Source: Trichoplax adhaerens
Lineage: Eukaryota > Animalia > Placozoa
Direction: 5' to 3'
Length of the DNA: 64,000 bases
Assembly (NCBI RefSeq): GCF_000150275.1
Contig: NW_002060969.1
Span: 248,001-312,000 of the forward strand
Numbering within the stretch: the first letter of the stretch is position 1; each line of letters begins with the position of its first letter. The notes beneath the pieces were generated by a model. It saw only the letters and a program-made list of their open reading frames with translations. It was not told where the DNA came from and did no database searches. Position numbers and translations under genes: made by a program. Positions 45,326-62,300 of this stretch are shown piece by piece.

Positions 45326-47098
45326 AAGCTGCACATCGACTGTTATACTATGAAAAATTTAGAGAATTTTTAGTTTCCGGTTGTAATGCGATTATTGTTA
45401 GCAGCTTCATTGCAGTCTCCTTATGCATTAATAAGTGATGTTATAATTATTAGTGATTTCTACGTCCTGACCTAAAACGTCGACTACCTAGCCTAACATG
45501 AAGGCGCGAAACTGTTGCGATTTTCATAGTGGGCGTTCTTCCACGAATTTCCAGCTATATATATATAACTATAGTACAGTACTTTTATTGTCTTTTTGAA
45601 TTTGCAGTTCGCATGCAGGAAACCACAAAATATAAGAAAAGATCCGATTACTGTATAATGTCAAATCCAGCCGTTGTTAACAACAAGGCTAAATATCTCC
45701 TTTGTTAATACCGTTCACATAATGACAAAATAAAGTTTAAAAAACATTTTTCAAGTCATGTATGCATTAGGTAAATTTATGGGACATCTTAAGAGATACT
45801 AGATGATTCGGAAGAATAAACAACGGCAAATTAAATTTTGCTATCGGTGTTAATATACCGTTGTTAAGGTTTTTAATAAGCTTTTTACGTAAACTACAAA
45901 GCCGAATCTGAATCAAGCGAATAAAAGTACGAAGATAAGCTATTTAGCAGTTTAAGTAGACACTACTATAAAGATATATTTTGATACACGATATAATCCA
46001 TAGCACTTTTCTGAGCAGTGCATATTTACTCACATGTACTATAGTATATTACGTACAGTATAACATAGCAACTACCTACTATATTAATTCATGGCCAGGG
46101 CTCGTAAATATAGTAAAATATAACCTTTTAGTACCTAACTACGCACACGCAAGTTATGCTAGAAAAATCTTTCCAACGAATATCGCGGGCAGCACAGTAC
46201 TATCGTGACTTTATAAAATTATTAATGATGACTATAATCACGCTCCTATGGGCCCTTTAAGAAGATGTAAACAGTGACTCGGTCAATCAAGAAGTTACGT
46301 CATCGCTACAAATATAATCTTTAAATGAAAATGATTTGCCATTACAGCTATGACCACCACTACTACATGTCTTACGGACAAACTTGCGAATATACTGTAC
46401 TTTAAAGAATTAGGAGGAAAGTACTGTACAGGTACATCGGTATTAATTTATAAAGGTGGTCTATTCGTTAATTCAATACTTAGCGTTAAGGTGCTCTTAT
46501 TATTAATTAGTTCATGAGTATTATTTTACGTATGCTGTACTAATATTAGGCAATGCAGTAAAATACGTTTAAAATAAGAATTCTTCATCTGGCAAAAATT
46601 ATGTACACAAAATTAAATTTAATTTACTGTCAACCTTTATTAGGATCTGTAAAGTTACAGTCGGAAATTTTTAATTTTTGAACATTTGGTCAAAACAAGG
46701 TGTATCGATAAGGGTAATAGGTGGTCAAGTTTAGTTATAGAAACCCTGGCATTACATTCTCTGAAATATGAACATAAAAAGCCACATGTTTCAATATTTA
46801 TTAAATAAATCGCAGTTACGAAACTGCTTTTTCTAACATAGCTCTCCCTTTCAGAAACATAGGGCGTTATTTTTTATGTTGTACTGTATGATGTGTATGA
46901 TTTGTAAACTTTTCTGTAGATGGAACATTTTGATCAAAATTCTCTGTTTTAATTAAGTGTAACAGCAGAGAGGAAAATAGCGAGCAGAGAAAATCGTAAA
47001 ATTTGATCTATAGGATTGTTAAACAAACGAAGGAGTATCTACAAATTTAAAATAATAAATTAATATTTATTAACATTGCTGTAGTCATATCGAAGTTT

Positions 47099-50000
47099 TC
47101 AAGTATGTATCATATGCCATTTTGCAACTGGTCGCCTAGGAGATGCTAACATTTCTTTCCAATGTTTTAACTCGTAACCCGTCGCTCGAGTTCCTAGCGA
47201 GATATGTCCAAGGCAATCGTTTGCTGATAACTTATCATAATCCATCACATGAATAATTAATGAAATATCTCTTAGACGTTCAAATGGTATATTGAACATA
47301 AATGATTCATTAAATACGGGATTTAGACTTCTTCTTTTCACTGTAGTTTTCTTTTTTTCTAATCTTTTATCCCCATACATTAAAGATAGCTTAACGTACG
47401 GATCTGTGTGCAAATAGAAAGGTTTGCATTACATTTTTACCACATTCCAGCTTTTGAAACTATTAATGACGTACCAGTATAGTGCTTAAGCACCTACCTG
47501 TAGACCCTGAAATATCCATGATCTTTAGATTTCTGCAGCGCATTACAACTATTGTTAAGTCACCGGTGGTTGGATGATAGCATAGCGACAGCAGTAGATC
47601 ACCTAATTTGCCCTAAGAGAGTGGGTTTTTATATGAAAACTGTAATACCATAAATTACTTTGGCATTAAAGGAACTGATAATGAAAATATATTAGCAAAA
47701 CAATGAATACTAACTGAGATCAGTCTACAGACAAGTGCTGCTAATATTAATCCGACTTTGTAGTTTATATCTAGGGTAATATTTTTATATGCGCCAACAG
47801 TATATTAAATAAATGTAGAGTTCAAATTAATGGTATGGGGCCACGGTGATGTATACGTATGAGTACATACTCCATGGCTATAAAAAAAGCACAGCATAAA
47901 ATTAATTGGAAAGAATATCTTGTGTTATTATAAATAATACCTCAAAATTTTATCGGTAAGCCTCGTTTGGACCGACCATTATAGTGTCAAAAGTACGAAT
48001 ATTTGATTATTAAGGATGACTATGTAATTTATTTAATGATACTCTGAAATATATCAAATTAAAAGTCAAAAAATCTACGGACCACTTTTAAAATAACTAA
48101 AATTAATTTTTTGACTTAAGCGCTATAACCACGGAACAGCAGTGCAAGCGTTATTGCACAGTATTATAGGATTTTACAGAACATTATCTCTAAATTAATA
48201 ATAACGATAATATGTCGGCATTATAGGTACGGTCATGTTAACGATTATAACAATAAGTATTTTCAATATGATAAAGTAATAATTTGAAATGGCTCACTTA
48301 CAGAAATTGTAAGACATTCTAAACTATTATGTAGACGCGTTTTCCAATATGTTCAATCTACATTAAGTCATAATTCACGAATAAACTCTTTTTACGAGTA
48401 TTAGTTATTATGTTATTATATATATAATATTCAGTAAACTTAAAATTATACTACGTATCTAAAGATGGCATAACACGGTATCTAATTATTAAACGAATCT
48501 GTATGATCCATATAGAAATTTATATATAACTGTTATATGATGAAATAATTTGATTTAGCTATTCTGCGGTGAAATCAATGACTGAGAAGAGTAGTAGCTA
48601 AGTTTTCAAGTACAGATTATTGCTATCTGCATTCATTTTTAAACACTTCTGGCATTTGAAAAGTGCTATAATGAACGTACGATATAGAAGAAATCGCTAT
48701 TTGTTACTGGCGTTAAATCTTTATCCAAGATAACGCTACAGAAAACAGTAACGATTTTATTGTGCTTGGATGGATTAGTTATATAATTATTACTTTAACT
48801 TTTCCTTTTTAATAAATACCGAAGGAGCGTTTTCTAGCAGCTAGATGTTATTTTGATACAGATTTGGCTCTTTGCAAGATATATAGACTTATTACCTGTT
48901 ATTCCCTAGTGCATAAAGTACATAAGCCAGGATTGAACGGTTTCGGGAATGTATCAAAAAAGTTGGCCATCTACACCTTGCAAACAGTTGTTAAAACTTT
49001 TGGCTCCATTTTATGTGGTATTCGTGTGATTATAATCTCATTCTAAAAGTACTATAGGGTTTTGTCATAACTTACTTTGATAATATGTGCTAATTTAATT
49101 AGTTCATTGCAGCTGCCAGTGATTTATATTGGGCAAATGAATCTACATTCTTGTATACAAGCCCATGAAAATACATAAAGTGTTGCTAAAAAGCAAGTGA
49201 CAGTAGCAAATTTAACCATTTTTTCTTGTAAAGTTCTTCAAACTGTGAAGTAATTAGTAGAATTTCTTTTGATCTCGTACGTATGACTCCTACCTAGTAG
49301 CGCAATCCCCATTAATAGATATGATGCTGGAGAGTAACATTTTCAACAGTTGCTGAAGCTGTAATCCGATATTACATATCTTTAAGGCTTTATTATCAAA
49401 TCTTGAGGAGAAACAGCTTAAAGAAATCTAGCGAAGTTAGGTGCATGCAAGCTAATGGATTTCTTTTCTTAGTTTATAACTTATTGATACTACTTTTCCT
49501 TCTTTACTTACGCCTATTTATTGAAAATGTGTATTTTGGGGGTAAGCAATAGTACCGTGCTTAAACGAAAATGTTAACTTGCTTCTTCGTAACACGTCAC
49601 TCTTTTAATACTTTCCTGTATATAGTATAGTTATACTAATGAAATTGTAAATTGTAATTTTCTGCTTACCAAAATAATTAGTCAGACTTATTTTAGAAGA
49701 CAGAAAAGTCCGCGCTTTATGTCACAAGTAATGAAAGGTGTTCAATTCATTTATTTGAACTTACCATTATTAATAGATTCTATAAATTTTATGAGCAATA
49801 ATCTACGACCTACCGCGTAAATAGGTCTTTAAGAACTAACAAATCTTTGAAAGGGTTTTTAAATCGCTTACCCGGGAATTACATGGCTGCAGGTCTCTTT
49901 TAAACATTACTTCGTCTCCTAATTCTATTTCTCCCATATCGAGATTTACTTCACCAATTGGATCATTTCTGGAAAATCTATCATAATCTAAGACCTGCAA

Positions 50001-50698
50001 GTGAAGTATTCGACTTTGTAACTTGTTTGCTGGGAAGCCTTCAAAGGCAAATGTTTCGCCCCACACAGGATTTAAGTTTTTTCTTTTGACTTTAGTAGTG
50101 AGTTTATGCTTTTTATCTGGTAACAGCATTGTTTTAACAAATGGATCAGAAGTACCACCGAGATCTTTCGCGGGTAAATTAAATGCTCGCATAATTTTAA
50201 CGATCAACGTCATTTTAGAATAATCATAACTTAAAGAAAACTGTATTGAGCCGAGGTCCTCTGATAAAGTTTGTTCTTCTGGCTCCTCTTCTGTTACTTT
50301 TGTTACGGTTGGTGCTTGACTGTCGCTTCCAAGTTTGGCGTATCCTAGCGCTAAATTACAGAGTGTTGAATAAATTTACAAATTATTCTATACAAATAAT
50401 ATTTTCATTAAAAGTGAAACTACATCGACTAATCTAATATTGAAAGATAAGCAGCAGTAACTCGTTATTTATTACCTTTCACGGATTGTGAACTTAGTTG
50501 CGTATTATTTGAAGAATTTGTAGTATTGTGTATTTTTTGATATTTTACTTTATTCATAAAATTTGTCGTAAAATTTTGACGCGATGATCCACGACTGCTA
50601 TTTGACTTTCGTCGCTTAAAACACCAAGTGCATGACACTAATAGAATTAACATAACAGCAGAGCAGCTACCACTGATGATAACGGAGAGAGCATTCAT
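47099..50698 (-). CDS. SYT7: Synaptotagmin-7-like Ca2+ sensor; exons 50698-50476, 50344-49872, 47612-47498, 47403-47099
   Basis: TM helix ending CTWCFKRR. C2[16 protein letters not shown]…[20 protein letters not shown]…FEGFP…[18 protein letters not shown] is Syt7-diagnostic. C2[12 protein letters not shown]…MDISGSTDPYVK…[10 protein letters not shown]…PRRPVAKWH. Confidence 0.92.
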
Positions 50699-52495
50699 TC
50701 CTATTTTTGGATAAAATCAAGGGCAAAGTTATTGAAGGAATCAACCGTGCAATTATAGGTTTTTGTTTGACACTCGAAGTCATTCAATCAACTTGACTTC
50801 ACAGAGAAAATTCAGTGTCCACTGGTGGATCCACTATACACGTAACAATTCTTAATTTTCCAACTTGTCAGCCAGATTGGTATTTCACTAAGATCTTATC
50901 TAATGTACTTTATGAGCATTGAGAGATAAGAAAATTACCTTCCGTGCGACTACCCTCTGATTACTTCCACAGCCCTTGTTTAATTTCTTGCAATGACTTT
51001 ACAACTTATAAGAAACGTACCATCACTACGAAAATTTCATAAATTTTCTTTGTTCGTTCTATTGTTTCAATAGCACGTATTGTTAAAGACATTCTCTGAT
51101 ATTAATATCAACGTTATTGATTTCTTACAGTTAATTATAATTATTACTCTATTGTGAGCCATTTGCGTCACGAAGTTTGATTCTGAGTTAGCAATTTTTT
51201 TATACAGCACAATCTACCGATCAAACTTGAGAGTAACGTATATCGAAGTACTAACAGTATTCAAGTGTAGGAATTGCACCTATATGAAAAGAAAAGCACT
51301 AATATGTGCGTAAACTCGTACAAAATTAAATAAAGGGCAGTACTTTGCGACGGCACTTTTTCTTTTCCTTTGACATGATCGATAATTATAATCGTTAAGC
51401 TACATTGGGGCAGTATTTTGTTTACTATCAATCTTTATTCTTAGACCAGGTGCTTTGGGATCCTTTGTTGATTCACTGAAAATCAATATAGCAAATTTCA
51501 GGAATCTACAGTCGAGTAATACACGCCAATTTGAGAACAGTCGCAACAGTATTACGCGTTATCTCCATTCGCAACAGATCATAATGATCATATACATGTT
51601 AAGTCCGTGCACTGTCCGTTACATGCATGCGTGACAGTCTGCGGCATTTACAGAATTAGATTCTTGGTTATGTTCGAGTTGAGGTAGAAGCAAAGTAGGT
51701 AATGATGGCGATGACTTAGTAGAGATAACCCATTCAGCATTACTAATTACCGTGCGGTACGAGCGGATAGCCTAGTAGGAATTCGAATCTTCACTTGCTA
51801 TACTGTATGTGCAGTACACTGTATAGTACTCTAGCGCTATTACAATGACAGTAATCATAATCTTTCGAGACACGATGATTTTATAAATATAATTTCTATG
51901 GGCGTCAAGAAAATACTACTTTTATGTACGAGAGTATACCGGCTAAACTTGTCACAGTGAGTTGCGTGAGCAGTATAATGCAACGATGAGGTTTCGTAAA
52001 ACAGTTACTTAAATTTATGTACTTGGCAAATACAGCAGTTTAAGCAATCATGGGAACGCTAAAGTCATTAAGAATTGATTGATCTATTAATAATAATGAA
52101 ATTTAACAATAACTTTCTGGTTTATATTATTTCGTGCTTGGTAAACATTTTACTTTAAAGTAGGTTTGCAACTTTATTTACCAATAATTATAATTATATC
52201 TTCTACTTTATAGGAAAGAAAATGAATCTATTGCGTCAACCTTCCGTAATTTATGGCGAAAAATGCTATAATGTCATAGTTCTACAGTAACAGAAGTATA
52301 ATTCAATGTTACGTTTAATTTAGTATTTCGCATAATCTTATTGATCGAGAAGTGAAGGTCTCGGACACGACTAGTGCACATTCTACAGTACCCGCTGACT
52401 GAGCGAGTACGGTTTGCACATTTTTTGAATAGCCTCGTAAACTGCATCTCCAGCATGTCCTGTTCCTAGTGCTGGTGATAGAAGTTTTTCAGGTC

Positions 52496-52876
52496 TACAG
52501 TACTGTACAGTACAGTAAGTAAACGGTACGTTACAGTCTATTATTATTACGGTATTGTACAGGATAGTACTGTACTGTACTGTACAGTAAAGTACAGTAC
52601 TGTACTGTATACTGTACAGTACTGCACAGCGACAGTACTGTACAGTACAGTAATGTACAGTACTGTACAGTATACTACAGTATACAGTAACGTACTGTAC
52701 TGTACTGTACAGTACAGTATAGTAGTATAATGTCCCAGTACTACACTACTACAAGTATATATGTACTGTACAGTATATACTGTACAGCATGTTACGTACT
52801 GTATGTATATATATACAGTATATACTATAATACAGTATGCCCATGATAGCCATATGATAACAGCAATACAGTACGG
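52496..52876. repeat. Longest ACAGT/ACTGT array; divergent region between Syt7 (-) and BTBD10 (+)
   Basis: About 350 bp composed largely of tacag/ctgta pentamers forming nested TACTGTACAGTA palindromes. Confidence 0.92.
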
Positions 52877-52980
52877 TATATAGTAAATAAAAAAGTCTAA
52901 AAGATACGTTATTGCATAAAAAAATGAGGTATTTTTAGTTTTAGCGAAATTTTACATCATTATCAGACGGTGATCGTAAA

Positions 52981-56030
<3,050 letters not shown>

Positions 56031-56333
56031 CCGAAAGCAGTCATCGAACAAATTTTTAATTTAGCTCTTAAGCAGTTTGTTTACTGTACGTAAGTACAGC
56101 TAATATTTAAAGTAATGTCCATATATTTGTATTATATAACCTTACTTTTACTGTCGAACATTATCAAATAAATCTGTTCGAAGAAAATTCTCTGAATCAT
56201 TACTTAAAAATCTTACAAATATCTCGTTTGAGACGATGATTTGATAGCCAGTATCGATGAAATATCCGGTTAGAATACAGTGCAATTAGTTATTGATTAA
56301 AATAGACGAGACAATAGCTGATTGATCCGATTG

Positions 56334-59300
56334 CTATCTCTTTGGTGTAACATTTACCGAATCTGTATCAACGTTAAAGTCCCAAATTTTGATTTCGTGG
56401 TCATATGACGCGCTAGCAATTCTAAGCTCATCAAAATGGATAGAATTAACCACGTCCATGTGGCCTCGTAAGGTCTGAATACATGTGCCCCTGAATAATT
56501 TAAAGGTGTTAATTATTTAGTACTTGACTTTAAAAGGAATATCACTAAATGAATGAATATCTTAGTTGTCATCATACGCTGTGATACTTTATGAAACAGA
56601 TTTCTTACTCTTTTATGTCCCAATACTTGACGAAGCCATCTCTTCCAGCACTAACAATGTAGCCAATCACATTATCTGGATCAGTCATTCTCAGCTGCAG
56701 ACATTCAATTCTAATTTGCAAATCAATAAGGTTTATCTCATAATTTACTTAAGGGAAGGAAGTAAGTTAAAAATCAATTGTACCTTCTGCTATGGCCAAG
56801 GTATTGACGAACCTTATCGCCAGTTTTGGCATTCCATAGCGTTATAATGGTATCAGAAGAAGATGCTATGAATCCCTATAGTAGGTAGAAGATCACTATA
56901 TCACGGTAGCTATTTACGAAACAGATATCTCAAAGTTTTTCATACCATATTGATATTAACGGCCATGACGGATGAGGCATGACCAGCCCAAATAATTCGG
57001 TGACAGTCTCCGTTAATAATATTCCATAGACGAATACTCTGTAAAATTAAAGCGATCAACTGAAGAATTTTTCTTAGATAGTATTGCTATATCGTAATGA
57101 CAATTGTGATGATATTCATATAACGATGTGCAAAAATGGTAGCGATAGAAGAAAGGAGCTTTATTAGTACAACAGCTAGATCCAGTGAACACGGAGATCA
57201 ATGACAACACGAAGGTAACCCCTCAATGCAACAACTGACTTTAATTATATCTAACACATACTTATATAAGTGCATGCAGTACAATCGTAGCATACAGGAT
57301 AGTGCTTGTTAACAGCTCTTGACGGTACTGCAATATGTACATATGTATGAAGCAATATAGTAAGTATAACTATCACGCGATTGACGTCAATCGCAGCGCT
57401 AAACAACATAAGAAACAATCAACTATCGTGCATAAGTAGGTGCACGGTAGTCATATCACAACAATCATAGTAAAAATAGCCTTCAAACTCTATTACCTAG
57501 ATAATATATATATAAAAGCATACATATAGTGGTAATTGGAAACCTAACTCAGTAATATCGTACAGTAGTTTGGCATTACAGTAATAGATTGGATAATAAT
57601 TGATATGTACAGTACACTGTCGCGCAGATAAACCGTAGTATATTATCGATCGAATACAGCAAATGTTTCGAAATAAAGGGCTAGAGAAAGATCGCAGTTT
57701 AAATTCTTGGACTTTAATTAGTGAAGATTTAAGCTAAACATGCTTGCTTATTTGCGGATTCTAGCATAGATCTTGATATTTTTAACTGCTATAAAGGTGT
57801 ACTTACCCTGTCTGCCGATCCTGTAAGAGCAATCGAAATGCTATCATCAATATCGACAGCAAAAACTGCAGCAGTATGACCAGATAATGTTAAAAGCAGC
57901 CTGTGTCTTCTGATATCCCATAACTTTGCAGTTTTATCCTGAGAACCACTAAGCAGCAGGTCACCTTTTCTTTCAATCGCCCAAACTGGCCCATTATGAC
58001 TATATAAAGTTCTACACGAGGCAAATGTGATTCTTTAAGTACGCGTGCAAGATACACTTTCATAATATGTGCAATTTAGGAATCTAGCAAATTGTCAGAG
58101 TCAAATCATCACAAATCAGTGATCTAGAACGTCAGGATTGTAATAAATTTTTGGGCTTCTGCAGGATTAAGAAATTAAAGAGAACTTTACAATACATACT
58201 TTAAGCAAGCACCAGATTTTATGTTCCAGATCTGCAGATGTCAGAGAAGATGTCAGTGGCCATCAAAAATAATTGTGAACTGAATTGATAGCTCAGGAGT
58301 TAGTAAGTCTATTATATCTTTAGAATAGCATGACAATCATAATGTTCTGCGCAGATTTTACTAATACTTGTGAAGTAGTGAAAGTGCTAAATGCTCATAT
58401 TAGCGATAAAGTACATAAAAAGCAATACATATGATTGTGCTGTACTAACCTTGATAGAGCCATCATATGATGAACTCACTAGTGAATTTCGGCCATAAAA
58501 CCTTATTGCCCAGATACCACGCTAAAACGAACAATGCAAGCATAATGTCAATACAAATTTAAAGGTTTATTAATAGTTATTATCAGTGAGTAAATCGCCA
58601 ATAGTGCAATAAATATATAATATATTTACACGTAGACTTGGCTGGTACAGCTTAAATGCTCATGTGTAGCACAGCAATTACTGTAGTAATATTGTAGGAC
58701 GAAATGATTGAGCATTGATTGCCTAGCTAAATATACGTTTGCAGTTCATAATACCGTATGTCCTTTAAGTGTCTGGAGCAGCATTCCAGTCGAAGAATTC
58801 CATATTCTACATAAAATGTTAATATTTAAATAAGAATATTTTTTCGTTATTTTTGGAAATACAACTATGCAACCTTGACTGATAACGTGTTAATACCGAA
58901 GTGTCCGATCTAAGCTTCCACTAGCCATTCTTCGGCCGTTAAAACGAACACACAAAACTCTAAGATTTTCAAATTGTATTCAGTTTTACAATCAATAGAA
59001 ATATTAATATCATCGTTCGTAAAGCAAAAATAATTTAAGAAAAGTAACTAAATATGCTGCACACAATTACGCACCGATTGGAATGTCCGGATACTTCTAG
59101 TACTCTGCAACGACCTCGTTCCCAATTTTTTCGTAAAGTTAGATTGGTTTGAAATATTCTTTTCCAGAGAGCCTGAGCACTTGCTGAATGCGTTAGTGTT
59201 GTTTGGACTGGAATGTCTTTAGAGAATATTTATGGTTAGTGTTACGAGATCTAACTAGTCACTTACTGTACAATGATTCGTTGAACCTGCGGTAGTAACA

Positions 59301-62300
59301 TTGCAATAGATCTACAATATTTATTACGCTAACCTATCTCTGTGTTATCTCCTAACTCTAACTGTAAATTAAAGCTATCTGCTCTCAATCATCTTATCTT
59401 CGTCTCCATAAAGAATAGTTAACATTACAGTTATTAGTAGTTGTAACTGTTATGTATATTACGCGCATAATTTTACTGATCTTGCTAGCATGAAGGTACT
59501 ATCCAACCCTCAGTTACATGCTGAATCCACAGCTTATGCGCATATACGTTGTATGTAAGCATATATTAATTAATCTATATAATACCATGTTAGACTGCAA
59601 TACTGCATCTTAACAATACGGTAGTAGTATTACATTTTAATTATACATATAGATGATTATATCATATCTAATTATACAATTATTACCACATATGAATTAC
59701 ACTACATGTATAAGCATATATTTATACAGATTTCAGTAACGCTATTCAATGCAACTCTTTTGTGATGGTATGCTCTTTGATTAAACGGCTACGTACTAAA
59801 GACATCCATTTCTAAAGCTCGCAAATAAACATTGCAATAAAAGTTGTTCTAATAATAATCCTATGCGCTGTTTCAATAGAACATAAATTATCTCAAATAT
59901 GCTATTGTAGATAATATGTCTAGGAATTGTAGCCGTATAATAAATATATAATTATAAACAGAGAACGTTACAATTACGACATACATCATATATCGTATAC
60001 TACAGATGGTTCTGGATAAGAAAGTTACTAACGGATTTATGTACCGTTACAAATGTAGAATCTTGCAATGTGGCTTCCTTGATTGCTATATGTATTAGCT
60101 TTCACCTACCTACGATTTTACTTTCTTTACATTTCAGCTTCCATAGCTGATCATTTTCCGCCAACATCTGCCATTTCAGGCTCACCTATAAACGTTATGT
60201 AAGGCATTACTAAAGTTTCTACTGGCGTCATACAAGTATCCCGTACTGGTAGATAAGCTTATACTGTATTTTTCTTTACGTGGGATATTCTATTCTATCT
60301 ACATCTGATAAACGCCGCTAGATTATGATTGGAGCAATAACCGAAAAGATAAATAAGGTGTAGCTAACTTTAATCTTGCAATCAACTAATAATTAATTAT
60401 ACAAGATACATTTATTGATTTTGAAGTTGATGCGTACAATTAAGAAGCACATGAGTGATTGTTGCGTTAGCTTTATGATTTGTAGTAAGTGAAATATTAC
60501 TGAAAGTTAGCTTCACTGAACATAACATACTTAATTTAAAGGGACACCTGCAGTAGACTATTTTTAGTAATGAATTATGTTATTATGAGATGTAATAATA
60601 AGCACTTCAGAAGGCAAGATTATTTCGTGATGTTATAGTTCCATTGGGATAAATTCAAGATTCGAGAATTTACTACAAAATAACTGATCAAATAGTAATT
60701 TACTATCTAGTAGCTGCAGCAATATTTCTTTTATTAATTATCTGAATAGAAGCCGATTTAAGCTGATATATTTGCGTTCTATTTGGTATATGTGACAAAA
60801 AATACTAGGGAAATAGTTATAGTTTTTAGAGATCACAGTCATATTAGAGCAACTACTTTCGTATCCTTGAGTTTTTCAAGATGTGTAAGTAAGTAAAACT
60901 ATTATTTCGGATTTTCGGTTAAAAATTTCATCTTTTGATTAAGTCATTCATGTTATTGATTAATTATATATAGTACTGTAAGACAGCAAAACATTAATCG
61001 GATATAAACCTACTTTCTCAAATATTACGAAACGATGTGACCTTGAATGCGAAAGGTTAATTTAATAAAATTGCCGCTAACTGTAATATTGTAGTGTACT
61101 GTTCTGACCTTGTGTAAAATGTTGCGAATACTTCATGTAGTACTACTGTTCTGTGAAAATTAGTATATACTATAATGTTGCCTACGTAAAGATAGTTTAT
61201 GAGATATGTTCAACCTTACGACAGTATTATTAAGTACTGTACTCAAGGGTTAGATTATGAATCCGTACCATGCAATATATTGATACCTCTGGCATGCTAT
61301 CAGGTTGTGATATACCCAATCTATGCATGCAAGGAGGTAGTGCCATAATGATAAAAGTTTATGACTCGAAACTTTAAGTGTCGTATGAGGTGTATCTTCT
61401 GTTTTATTCGCTAAGAATAAAATCTTGTTTTTCCTTAGATCCCTTAAGAGAGTGTACTTTTATACATAGACATATTTCTTTAAGCCGCAATCATAATAAC
61501 TCATCTTGCTATATTGAAATAAGCCTGAACACGCGTGAAGGGATATATGCTTATCCTCATTTATAGCTATTTGCAGATCTAACTGATCGAGTTTACATAT
61601 ACCAACTGTTTAGACAACGTTCTGTTGTAGTAAGTTAAGTTTATAAATATACTATTAACGAGGAGCGTGAAATCTATAACAGTGTTTCCAATCGTACAAT
61701 TCAGTTATCGAATAATATGAGCAAATTTCAGCATTTTTTACATATCAGCTTGCATGCAACTTTAATAGAGTAATTAGTGTGAATACTAACTCACCATGCT
61801 AGCTATAAATAATTCTCTTGCATCTATACATTAATGGTGCATTTAAAATTTTAACGAGCTGCTTTAAGAATTCATGTCTTTGAAATGTATTCCATACGTT
61901 CTGAAACCAGTTAATTACAGTTTCCTCTTCATCTACGTTTGAAATTGTGATGTTTTGCTAATAAAAAATATTGATAAAAATAAAGAATTTAATCATCAGT
62001 ACGATTTTTGGAGTATCACTTTTAAAAAAATTGATTGATATAAATTGATCGGTTTTATTGCTAATCTTTAAAATAAGCTATCGTATTACTGCCGTGCACC
62101 TACTCATGCACAATCGTTCATTGTTTCTTATGTTGTTTATGCTACGAGTATACAACATGCAGTTATATACAGTATATATATGTGTTAGATGTAACTAAAG
62201 TCAGTTGCAGCACTGAGGGGTTAGCTTCATGTTGTCATTGATCTCTCTATGTTAGCTGGATCTGGCCGTTGCACTAATTGTAACGGAACTGTAATATTGT

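Noticed and set aside
52496-52876. CRISPR-like appearance of the repeated palindromes
   Set aside because: There are no constant-length repeats with unique spacers and no cas genes, and the context is eukaryotic. It is a simple-sequence array.
60575-60625. Minus-strand LPSEVLII resembling the missing F-box start
   Set aside because: It continues TSHNN…stop without an IFSYL-like motif or a usable donor, and it lies downstream of the DARELFIASM segment it should precede.
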